Of a DNA stretch of 64,000 nucleotides, positions 35,547-50,500 are shown piece by piece. Source of the DNA: the human T2T-CHM13v2.0 reference genome, Homo sapiens; NCBI RefSeq assembly GCF_009914755.1, contig NC_060925.1; one strand, given 5' to 3'. The stretch's first letter is position 1; each line of letters begins with the position of its first letter. Position numbers and translations under genes: made by a program. Under the pieces are notes generated by a model. The model was not told the origin of the DNA, did no database searches, and worked only from the letters and a program-made list of their open reading frames with translations.

Positions 35547-36902
35547 GGGGCCGGGCTGGCACCCGGAGGAGAGGGAGGGGAAGTCCGGAGGGGTTTGGAG
35601 GAGGACCTTGGGGCCCTCTGGACTCGCGGGCTCCCCGCAGGCCTTCCAAAGTTTGAGCGTCTCAAAGCGCCAGCGCCCCTACGGATTAGCCCCCAGGGAT
35701 CTCTGAGCCTGGTATCCTCGGTGGAAACGTTTAATGGTTTTGCGCTGAGCCATACCCATTCTGCCCTTCACCTCTGAGACTGAGCTCAATGCGACTGAGC
35801 TCAACGCTGGCCTGAAGGTCTGAGCTGAAATGGATTGGGGGTCCAATAAGCAGTTGCCTCCTAAGCAGCAGGCCTGGGAGAGTGGCCCAGAAATAGACCT
35901 GGATGCCCTCCTTCCTAAAACCCTTGAAGAGTATATCAAGCTGCTGATGGTCAAAAAGAGTATCTCTGTTCAGAAGCCTATAAGCCTACTATGATCTGAG
36001 AATAGGTTCATTTCCTCTGGGAATGGATCAGACATGCACTATCTTATTTATTAATAATTCTCATCTGGGAGGCAGGGGTCATCATCCCCATGTTACAGAA
36101 GAGGAGACTGAGGCTCCAAGAGCAGAAACAACATGCCCAAAGGGTGCACAGCTCACGGGTAGTAGAAGCAGGATTTGAATCCTGGTGGTCTCTGCTTGAA
36201 CCACTGCTTCTTTTTGGGGAAGGGGGCAAGGGGCACCCCTGGCCCCCGACCCTGGCATGGGTTGATAGGTTTTGACAGTTTGGAGGACACCTGCCTACCA
36301 CCTGCCCCTTGATAAGGCCTCTTCACAAAACTTCCTCAGACATGAGCTCATCTCCCTTCCTGACAGAAGCGGCTAGTGTGAGTGAAACAAACGGGAAATT
36401 TGCTCTGGCCCGCCTGCCCAGCCACCCACGGCTGCCTGTTGGCCAATCACCATTTGACCAGTCCAGGAAGAGCAACTGTGGCAGGCCTGATTTCCTGGGA
36501 GGCCCCAGACTCCCTTTGCCTACCTCTTCCTCTCTGACCCCATCCTCGCTTTGATGCCCGGGACCTGCTACCCAGGTACGTGGGTCTTCTCTGCCGGATG
36601 TGGACATCTTGGCCTCTCGCCTTGGTGCCTACTCTTGGGAAGCGGGTCCAGACATCTCTCCTGCAGGAAGAGAGGAAGGGTTAATTACAGGCGTTGGGGA
36701 TAATTAAAGCCTTTGACCAAGAGGATGGGAGGAGAGCCTTGGTCCTCTGAGAGCCTGTGAGTGTGCAAGTGCCTGTGAGAATAAGTGCATGTGTATGAGG
36801 GTGTGAGATTTTGTTGAATGTGCATTCGTGTGTATAGACATGAGAGTGTTGATGTATGTATGACTGTGTGTGAGTGTGTGTATGGACATAAGTGTTGTAT
36901 GT

Positions 36903-37200
36903 GACTGGGCAGGGTGGCTCAGGCCTGTAATTCCAGCACTTTGGGAGGCCGAGGCAGGCAGATCATTTGAGGTCAGGAGCTCCAGACATGCCTGGCCAAC
37001 ATGGTGAAACCCCGTCTCTACTAAAAATACAAAAAAATTAGCTGGGCGTGGTGCCACTCACCTGTAATCCCATCTACTAAGGAGGCTAAGGCAGGAGAAT
37101 CACTTGAACCCCAGAGGCAGAGATTGCAGTGAGCCGAGATTGCGCCACTCACTGCACTCCAGCCTGGGCCAGCAAGACTCTGTCTCAAAAAAAAAAAGAA
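36903..37200 (+). mobile_element. Alu carrying the p53 element
   Basis: Alu consensus. Confidence 0.95.
36984..37006. promoter_or_regulatory. p53-family response element inside an Alu
   Basis: AGACATGCCT-ggc-CAACATGGTG; first half-site is a perfect RRRCWWGYYY; distal edge 1678 bp upstream of the ATG. Confidence 0.8.
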
Positions 37201-37916
37201 AAAAGTGTTGGTATATGTGTGTATAAGTGTGTGTGCATGGGCATGAGAGGATTTGGGTATGAGTGTGTGTCTGTGTGTGTTTTTGTGGATTGTGTGGATG
37301 TGTCTAGATGTGTGTATGAGTGTGCATGTGGGTGTGAGAGATTTGTGTATGAGTGCATGTGAGTGTGGATTTGTGTATGCATGTATTTGTGAGTGTGCCA
37401 TACTTCACAGTAGATGTGGAGTCAGCCCATGAGTTTCTGAACAAGTTATTTCACTTTTCTGAGCCTCAGTTTGCTCCTGGAAAGATGTAAAGCCTATTTA
37501 GGAGAGTTACTGTAAAGATCAAATAAAGTCATGCATGTAAACCACAGGGGCCAGGACTACAGAAAGCACGCATGAAATCTCAGCTGTTACTGGGTTACAT
37601 GCGGTTCAGCAACAGGAAGCCACATCCGTGGAGAGCAGGGCATGTGTTGTGCCCAGGGCTCTGTGGACAGGCACATGGGGTGTGTGGATGAGTGTGAGCA
37701 TGTGTGTAGTACGTGGTTTGGATAAGTGTTTTGCATGTTGTATTGGAGCCTCTGGGCTAGGGACACTGGCGTGTGTAAGACTCCATGTGAGTTGTGTGGA
37801 AGCCACTGCTTGTACATGTGTGTTACATGCCACTTGCAGGCTCCATCTGTCAGATGTGTCACTAGAGGACACACTGCAGGAGGACAGGGATGTTTGTAGA
37901 AAACAGACAGTGCCTG

Positions 37917-38203
37917 GGCCAGGCGCGGTGGCTCACGCCTGTAATCCCAGCACTTTGGGAGGCCGAGGCAGATAGATCACTTGAGGTCAGGAGTTTGAGA
38001 CCAAGCTTGTCATCATGGTGAAACCCCGTCTCTACTAAAAATACAAAAATTAGCCGGGCGTGGTGGCGCATGCCCGTAATCCCAGCTGCTCGAGTTGGAG
38101 GCAGGAAAGTCGCTTGAACCCAGGAGGTGGAGGTTGCAGTGAGCCGAGACCGCGGCACTGCACTCCAGCCTGGGTGACAGAGCGAGAGCCAAAAACAAAA
38201 AAA
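37917..38203 (+). mobile_element. Alu; TSD GAAAACAGACAGTGCCTG
   Basis: Alu consensus with 18-bp direct repeat. Confidence 0.96.
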
Positions 38204-39034
38204 GAAAACAGACAGTGCCTGATACATACTAGATATTCAGCAAGCCTCCGCTGAATGAATGAACTAATGAGTGAATGACAGTGTTGCGAGTTCTGTGTTG
38301 CGTGAAAGTCTCTGTGTGTAGTGTTGGTTGGTCCTTCTGGTGGCAAGTGTGGGTTTCCATGTGTGGCCTCAAAAGGTTGAATCCAAGCACACACACGGCA
38401 GGGGTGCAGGCAGGCCCTGATGGCTGTGGGGCGTGTGCCCAGCAGTATGTGCACAAGTTGGGGGCTGAGAGCATAGGGCAGGGTGTTGCTCATCTGCAGC
38501 ATGTGACGTGAACAGAGGCCTATGGAAAGGAGTGGTATGTCAGGTGGTGGCAAGAGGGTGTTCCACCTGGCTTTTCCCTGGCTTTTAGTCACCCATTTAA
38601 TGACACACCCTTCCCTCTTTTCCTGTCCGACTCAGAGTCTTTCCCGCTCTAGGTGACTGGGTGCTAAGGAGGAAAGTTCTTCAGTGAGTCTTATAAAGCG
38701 GCACCAAAACGTGGTATTTATAGTGACATAATCAGCCCTAATGGAGATGGAATTACCCCATAAAGGCCCCAAGGAGCCCTCAGGGCCTCAGCGCCACTGC
38801 AGCAGACAAGGCTCCTGTACAGGCAGGTGGAGCCCGAGTGAGTGTGTGTTTGTGTGTGACTGCCTCTCCTGCCAATCCCTGCCTCCGGCCCACCAGCCTG
38901 CTTAGGGGCCCACCTTTGCTAGGACTTAGCTGGGGCTGGGTACTGGGGGCAAGGAGATGACAAAGGTGAATGCTGAAGCCATGGCCTCACTTACCCCACC
39001 TTTGATCTGTGCCTGCCTTTGGCCAAGAGCATCA

Positions 39035-39290
<256 letters not shown>

Positions 39291-39827
39291 AATTGTAGCC
39301 AATACTTATGAAGCACTACTATGTGCCGGGCCCAGTTCTAGGCACTTATCTGTACTGATCCACTTAGTTCTCATGACACCTTCAGGGAGGTGGCCACTGC
39401 TCCTGCCCACATTTTGCAGAAGAGCAAATTTGGAAGTAAAATTTGGAGCTGGCATTCTGGCCCAGACAGGCTAGATCCAGCGCGCACTCTCATGGGTACC
39501 TGCCTCAACCATTGCCTCTGAATTCCACTGAACCTGGAGAGCAGTGCCCCGTCCTGGAATGTGCCAACTCTCCGCAGCTGGGATCTTTAAGGTCAGTCTA
39601 ATTACTACCTCTTGGGTGAAACCCCCAGGGATCAGGCCCCCCCTAGAGCCCCAGGGGCCTCCATGCTACATGCCTACCAGCACCCTGCTCTCAGCCAACT
39701 GAACTCTTTTTTGTTTTTCAAAGCCTCTGAACTATCTTCTCAACTAGACTGTAAATCCCTCAGAGGCAGGGTATGAATCCAGCAACAGGTAGAACAGTTC
39801 CCCACACATTCTGCTCAATAGATGCTA

Positions 39828-40768
<941 letters not shown>

Positions 40769-42316
40769 CCCTCTGTTCATTTCAATCCACATTTCTTGAA
40801 GGCCTGCTCTATGCCAGGCCACTTCACCTCTGTAAACTCATTTAATCCTCTCTAGCCCTGGAAGGAAAAGCTAATATTGCCTCCATTTTTGCAGAAACAA
40901 CGTGAGGCTCAGAGAGAAGAAATGACTAAAATTACACAGCTGGTACATGGCAGAGGTGGAACTAAAAAGTTAAGTGTGTCTACCCCAGAGCCGAGTAGAC
41001 CTGCTCTTTTTTGAACACTTCCTGGACTTTCATGCCTTTGTCCCAGCTGTGCCCTCTCCCTGGATGCCCCTTCCATCTGGGCAGCTCCTACTAGACCTGC
41101 CTTGGCATACATAACACAGGAGAACGGATTGCCAAAGGGTAGGAGAGTGCCTGGTCTATAGTGTGCGCCCAACACAGATTTGGTGAATGAATGAACACTG
41201 GGTCCAGCAGACCTGGATTCTTCCATGTAACCCACTGTGTGGCCTTGGTGGAGCCATGCGGGTGCAATAATCCTGGTTTCCACCCTTCAGGGCTGCTGCT
41301 GGGACTCAGTGAGATCATCATGTATCTAATGCCCTTTGCTCAGTGCTGGGCACACAGTCAATGCGCATTGAATCTTAGCTATTGCTACCTTTACAATCAA
41401 TCAAAAGTCACTTCTGAAGAATAGACAGGGCTCCCCCAGGCCAAATAAATAATTCCTCCCGGGACAAACCCCAGCTCTCACTCCCTCCTCTTTAGGCAGG
41501 GGGCTCCCTGAAGGACAGAGACCCGGTTTTATTCCATCTTGCCGTCCCCCATGGTGCCGGGCATACAGTGGTGCCCAGTAAACGTGTGTGTTGCACAAAC
41601 ATGCGGTAACTAGGGCCCCATCTTTTTCAAAAGAACACACTCCCCAGGTGCAGCCGCAAAGAGAGACTGTTCAGCTGTTCAGGTGAGGTTTTGGGGTGAA
41701 ACTCGTCTGAATAATAGTTTTGCTGAACACAGCCTCACCCCCAACAAGGAGGCAATTTGAGGTGGGGGTGGGGAGACTTAAATGTGGGCTCCCGGGTTTT
41801 AAAGGGGGTAGCGCGGGAGGAAGCCCCCCAATAATTGCGGGGCTTCCCCCACCCCCAGAGCTGGATTAGAGGCTGCGCCACTTCCTTTGGGGCTCGCTCG
41901 CGCTTCCTGGGAGCCTTTGATGTGGGTTCTTGGTAGATCCTGCCCGCGGGGCCTGGATGCGGGCGGAGCCTCCGGGCAGGGCGGGGCCTCAGCCTGGGTC
42001 CGCACTGGGGAGGCGGCCACCCGGTAGCTTGGGCGGGTTCCGCCCACCTCCCGCCTGTATTTACAGCCCCCTTCCAACATCCCCGACTCCCTGAGGGCGC
42101 CCCTCATTCTGCTCGGCCTTGCCTTCCCCATTCGGCCACATCCTCCTCTCTCCCAACTCAGCTTCGACCCCCAAAGCCTTTCCCTAACCATCGGAACCAC
42201 AGGCTTTTCTCCGGCCTCTGAGTGCCAGTCTTCAACTAGGTGTCTTTTAAAAAATCAAAAAGCATCTCATCCTACGGGATGTGTGTGAAAAAATAAAAAT
42301 AAAATAAAGAAAAAGG

Positions 42317-43427
<1,111 letters not shown>

Positions 43428-43511
43428 CAAAATAAAATAAAATAAAATAAATAAAATAAAATAAAATAAAATAAAATAAAATATAAAATAAAATAAAATA
43501 AAATAAAATAT
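43428..43511. repeat. (AAAAT)n pentanucleotide Alu tail with interruptions
   Basis: aaaat units with aaat/atat interruptions. Confidence 0.93.
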
Positions 43512-45539
43512 AGCAGCCTCTCACCCCACTCCACCTCTGGACTCCCTGTCCCCCTTCCTTGCTGTATTTTTCTCCATAGCAATTACCACCACCAGCTGCC
43601 ACACTCCAGAGATTACCGTTCGTTTGTCTATTGTCTGTCTCCCCCTGCTCACACCACCCCCATTCGTGTGTGAGCTCCAGGAGAAGGGCCGGGGTTGCTG
43701 CTGCTCTGTGAGTCATGAACCGTCCCCACCCCCTAGTCTGTCCTACAAATTTGTTAAATGAATGAGCAAATAAACATAGTGGCTTCCCAGCTGACCAGTG
43801 ATGAAAGCTTACACTGCGTGATCTAGGCTAGTCACTGCTGTCTTTCCCTCCCTCTCCTCATCAGTGCATTGAGAGATGACAGTAGCTCGGCCTCTTAGAG
43901 CAGTATGACGATGGCACAAGTTACTATTTGCCAAGCACAGAGCATGACGTCATGCCCAGAAGCCCAGGATACAATCCAGAGACAATGACAAATGGGGGAT
44001 TCCCGCTTCTGCAGAAGGTGGGGCGACTGGTGCCCAGGGGCCCCCAGGAAGTGCCCTTACCTGACTCCCAGGATCCTCCTCTGTGACCCTGGGGCCTTCC
44101 AACCTGCCAGGTACTTTTCCTGTATTATCTTATTTTATCCTCCCAATAGCCTCTGTGAGCAGCACACTCCCCATTTCACAGACAAGGAAACTGAGGCTTA
44201 CACAAGTGAAGTGACCTGCTCGACGTTGCACAAGGAAGTGGCAAAGTCAGCCTCTGAATCCAAGCCGTTGGGCTCTAAAGGCCCTGATGCCACTCAGCTA
44301 ACCATGTGGCCTCTGGACATCACTGCCATCTTTTCTCTTACCCTCCTCTCCTCCTTGCACTGTGTTCTGAGGGTCAGCCTGACAACCCGTGTCCCCTGGG
44401 CAGATGTGCAGAGGAAGATCAAGTTGTTGTTCGCCAGGGGCCGAGGGCAAATTTCTGGCTTCCCACGGCCACCACTTACTGGGAGTTTCGGATGAGGTGC
44501 TTCACTGCCCTGAGCTCTTCTTCCGGGTCAAGTGGGGATAAAAATAAAACAATACCCACCTTGTGGGAAGACATGGGATCCTGAAAAACCTGGCAACGTG
44601 CCTGGCACATGGCAAGTACTCCGTAAATGTCAGCTAGGATTATTTTTATCATTGACACCATATTTGGGGGCCCCAGGCTGGCAGAGTACCTGCCAGGTGT
44701 CACCCCCTTCCTGAGTCCTGACAGTTTGGCTGCAGGCCTGCGTGGAGGCTTGGAAGGAAGAAGGGAGGAAAGGAGGAAAGGAGGAAAGGAGGAAGGGGTC
44801 AGGGAAGCCCCTCTGTTTGTTTTCTGTCTCTGAGAACTTCCCAGTCTGACTCTAGCCCCTTCCCCTCCCTGCAGGCACTAACACACAAGTCCCCCATTCA
44901 CCAGAAATCTGTCCCAGGCTCCCTGGCTGCCATGCTCCCTGGATAAACCCACCAGGATGCCCTCAGCCCCTGAGGGAAGAGGAGAGAGCTTACACTCCTC
45001 CGGGCCCCTATTTCCACGCCCATCACCAGGCCTGGGCCCTCACAAGGCTACACACACACCAGGAAGTGCCAGGAACACAGCCACGCCAGAGCTCTCACAG
45101 ATGCCTGTGCACACACACACACACACACACACACCTTTCCAGGCAAACTTGCATACACTTTCCTAATGGCCAGGTCTCAGGGGCTCTGTAGGGACCACCT
45201 CGGGACAGGACATGGTCTTCCCTCCCCCATTCCCATTCCCCTTCCTGCCCTGTTTCCCTCTGTCTGTCCATCCATCTTCATCAACCAGTCCCAGTGGGCC
45301 CCTGCTCACTCCCTCCGTTCCCCCTCCATCCGTCCGTCCACACATGGGTCCATCTGTCTGTCGCCTGCCTGTAGCTAGCCCTGCAGTGAGCAGTCTATCC
45401 CTACCCAGCCCTGCCCATCACTTCTGCCACAACACCCCTGCAAGATCCTGTCCCTGTCCTCAGCAGGGTCTCTCATCATTTCTCTAGAACCCACCCATCT
45501 ATCCCCCCACCCCTTCAGCTGTGTCCTTCATCTGTCAAT

Positions 45540-45652
45540 CTGTCCATCCATCCAGCCATCCATCCATCCATCCATCCATCCATCCATCCATCCAGCCATC
45601 CATCCATCCATCCAGCCATCCATCCTTCCTTCCTTCCTTCTTCCTTCCTTCC
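45540..45652. repeat. (CCAT)n followed by (TTCC)n microsatellite
   Basis: Direct inspection. Confidence 0.9.
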
Positions 45653-45915
45653 CACCTTGGCCCAGCCCCTCTCAGCCCCCTCTGCATCCCATCCATCACT
45701 TCTCAGACAGGCCTCCCCAGCCAGGTAGTCACCTCCTAGCAGCTCCATCTGTCTGTCTGTCTACCAACCCATCCATCCATCTGTCTGCCAGCCCATCCAT
45801 CATGCCACAGGCCACTTGTCCATTCTTGCCACCTTTCACATGTTCCCTAGTTAGGCCCCTGTGGTATCCCCCAGCCAGCGCAGTGTAGGTGGGGGGCGTG
45901 TGTTCATGTCAGTAG

Positions 45916-46636
<721 letters not shown>

Positions 46637-46849
46637 TAAGAGGGGCCTGACTAATGCCCAGCATGGTTGGGGACCCAGGCCCCTCAAGCCCTGGAAGTCC
46701 CTTGCCTGGGGTCATCCAGTCTCCTCCCTCAAAGGGCTCTCACTCCCCACCGCCGCTCCCTCTCCTCTTCCTGCTGCTGAGAGACGAGAGACCAGCAGAA
46801 AGAGACTTGGAGAGACGGAGACACAGAGGCAGATGGAGAATGCTGGGCG

Positions 46850-47470
46850 CCCGGGAAAGCCCAGGAAGGAGCCCGGGCCACGTGGAGGAGAGGGAGGTGG
46901 GAGGAGGCAGGAGAGAGCAAGGCTGCCCAGGACAATGGAGCGGGACCGGAGGAGACGCGGGGAGGGACGCGGGCCAGGGGTGCGGTGGGGGGCACGGGGT
47001 GGAACTCCGGGTCCCGTAGGGCGGGGTGGGGGAGTGGGTGGGGGGATGGCCCACCTGCCGTGGGAGCGGGTCCGGAGGAAGCTAGGGTCTCGGGGTGGGA
47101 AGTGCTGTGTAGAAGCGAGCGCAAGAGGCGAGAGGAAGCGCGGCGGGGCGGCCCCTGTCCCAGCCTCACCCCCATCCCCCCAAGTCTCGCACCCCGGTCC
47201 GCCCCAGCTTCCGGCTCCGCAGGTGCCGCCTTTGAGGGCCGCCGCTCGCAGTTTACCGCGGAGCCGGAGCCAGAGCCCCTTCCCCGCGGCGAGGAACTGC
47301 CTCTGCGTCTCGTAAAAGTGGTCTGGGCCTGGGGGGCGGCGGCCTCCGTCGCCATGGAAACCGGGGCGGGGAGGCGGCGGCCCGGAGAGCCCCATGCACT
47401 TTGCATACCATTGCAGGTTCCTCCCCTTGGGCCCCGCCAGCCTCGCTGGGCCCGCCTCTCTCTCCGCCCC
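46850..47470. promoter_or_regulatory. Orphan CpG island ~11.5 kb upstream of EPHA2
   Basis: CpG-dense, several GC boxes, RFX X-box-like GTCGCCATGGAAAC 47348-47361. Confidence 0.8.
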
Positions 47471-47509
47471 TCCTCCCCAAACCCATCACCCTTGCCTTTA
47501 TTTGTCTTA

Positions 47510-48115
47510 AATTTATTTTAAAATGTATTTATTTATTTTTTTCAAACAGGATCTCGCTCTGTCACCCAGGCCAGAGTGCAGTGGTGCGATCATGACTCTC
47601 TACAGCCTTCCATCTCCCCAGGCTCAGGTGATCCTCCCACCCCAGTTTCCCAATAGCTGGGACCACCACGCCTGGCTAATTTTGTGTGTGTGTGTGGTGA
47701 TGTCGCCCTCTGTCACCCAGGCTGGAGTGCCGTGGCCAGATCTTGGCCCACTGCAACCTCCGCCTCCCAGGTTCAAGCAATTCTCCTGCCTTAGCCTCCT
47801 GAGTAGCTGGGATTACAGGCGCGTGCCATCACACCCGGCTAATTTTTTTGGTATTTTTAGTAGAGACGGGGTTTCACCATGTTGACCAGGCTGATCTCAA
47901 ACTCCTGACCTCGTGATCTGCCTGCCTCAGCCTCCCAAAGTGCTGAGATTACAGGCGTGAGCCACCGTGCCTAGCAATGCCCGGCAGTTTTTGTATTATA
48001 GAGACAGGGTCTTGCCATGTTGCCCAGGCTGGTGTTAAACTCCTGGACTCAAACAACCTGCCCACCTCCGCCTCCCAAAGTGTTAGGATTACAGGCATGA
48101 GCCACTGCACTCGGT
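47510..48115 (-). mobile_element. Nested Alus (older Alu split by a younger one)
   Basis: Right arm ~47510-47690, full Alu ~47700-47973, left arm ~47990-48115. Confidence 0.85.
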
Positions 48116-48993
48116 CACCCCTGCCTTTAAAAGTCACCTCCTCCAGGAAGCTTTCAGCCACCACCACCACGCCCGGTGGCACCACTGACACTTCATAACA
48201 ATAATAATTCATCATCACTGTGATCGTGGCTAGGCTTGGCTGAGCTTTGTCTCTGTGCTTCCTTCACCCCCATCTTCTTCTGTCCTCATACCAACCCTGT
48301 ATGGAGAGGCCACTTTTGTCGATATTTACAAATGAGAAAACTAAAGCTGGTAGGGGGTCTGCTCAAGGTCTCACACCTGGAAAATTCCCTCCTCATTCTA
48401 GTCTCAGTGTTCTCATTTGTAAAAAGGGAAGCTCGCACCAGGCGCTTGCCGAGTGACCACGCAAGGGTGGGAATGAGACCGCAGGTTTGTCTGAGCAGGG
48501 GCTGAGTGTGGCATTCTGACTCTGAAGGCCTGTAGTCAGGGTATGCATGCTCTAGTTCACCTCAGCCCTGCTGCGTCACATCCCCACTCTGTCCCCCAGT
48601 GCATCCCCACCCTTGGGACCCTAAGTGAATCTCTCCAGACCAAGCTCCTAGTGACTCAAGAGACATCTCTAAGGGGTCTTCCAGCTCTGCCATTCTGAAG
48701 TCTTAGCTTATTGAGAGGGTGACTTCTTGTGCTGTCTCCCTCCTCTGACCGGATGCTCCTGGGGGTGAGGGGCTGTGCCTCTCCTGTCAGACTGGACACT
48801 GCTAAGGGTTAGGACACCTCTGTCACTCCCCCAGGTCTGTGGTCACTAGAAATGCCCAAATCCAGGCTGAAGGCTGGCCATGTCTCTCCAAGCACAAGCA
48901 CACCCCAAGGTGCCCCAGTCCCTTGTCCTGATCCTGAGATCTGAGGTCTACAGGACTGGGTTCTTGGTGGGGAAACCTCCAGCTCTGCCATAA

Positions 48994-49427
<434 letters not shown>

Positions 49428-50194
49428 ATGTGCCCAAAACCTCGTGAATGTGAACAACAGTGCAGGGAGGTGGTTATTTCACGCCCATTACATGGAGAGG
49501 GAAACCGAGGCTTAAAGAAGGAAAGTCACTTGACAAGATTACCCCCTGACGAGTGGCAACCCTATTCTTTGACCCGTGCCCTCCTGCCTTTCTGTGTCTC
49601 CCAACATATTTCACGCTGACTTGAAACTGGTTGTTGACAAGTTTCCAGTATTGGGCAAGCATCTTCAGGGAAGGGATGGAGCAGGCCTTGGTTTGCTTTT
49701 GCTTTGTTTTTGATCTGAGGACCAGTACTCAGCTCAGGCCCTGGGACATAACAAATTTGTTGAAGACACCTGGTAACTATCTGTTTTCTTCCACACTCCA
49801 GAGAGGTCCTGCCTTCCCAAGTCAATCCAAGCAGCATTTAGTGAGCACTTACTATTTCCTAGGCACTTTATAAGCAACACACTTGACATAGGTCGTCTCA
49901 CGGAGTCCACCCCTACCCGCTGCCTCATGATCTCCCAAAGACTATTCATCTCCACATTTTACAAATGAGGAAACTGAGACTCAGGGGCAGAGTTGGGATT
50001 TGAAGCCAGATCTATGTGGCTCTCACATGCTTGTACTCCCCTTGTTAACCTGGCATTTCCCCGGGAGAGGGGGCAAGGAAGGGGCACTGAGCCTGTAGAT
50101 GTGGGAGGCTGCCCCAGAGATAGAATGCTGCTGGTGGAGGGGGTATGAGACCTCCCTTTGGGGTCCTGCGGTCTTTGCCCCAATCCTCCACCCT

Positions 50195-50500
50195 TTTTTT
50201 TTTTTTTTCCTTTGGAGACATAGTCTCACTCTGTTGCCCAGGTTAGAGTGCAGTGGCTCCATCACAGCTCACTGCAGCCTTGAACTCCCGGGTTCAAGCG
50301 AACCTCCCACCTCAGTCTCCCGAGTAGTTTGGACCATAGATGTGCACCACCACACCCAGCTCATCTTAAAAATGTTTCTGTGGAGACAGGGTCTCCCTGT
50401 ATTGCCCAGGCTGGTCTCGAAATCCTGGGCTCAAACAATCCTTCTGCCTCGGCATCTCTAAGTGGTGGGATGACAGGCAGGAGCCGCCACCCCCAGCCCC
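50195..50500 (-). mobile_element. Alu (J-like)
   Basis: Reverse Alu consensus. Confidence 0.9.

Larger units (their letters stand above)
36755..37400. repeat. Degenerate (TG)n-rich low-complexity tract interrupted by an Alu
   Basis: TG-rich on both sides of Alu 36903-37200. Confidence 0.8.

Noticed and set aside
45623-45652. GGAA microsatellite as an EWS-FLI1 element
   Set aside because: Only about three consecutive units before an interruption
46654-47521. Overlapping 100-227 aa ORFs in the orphan CpG island
   Set aside because: Stop-codon depletion from high GC; no homology or exon structure evident
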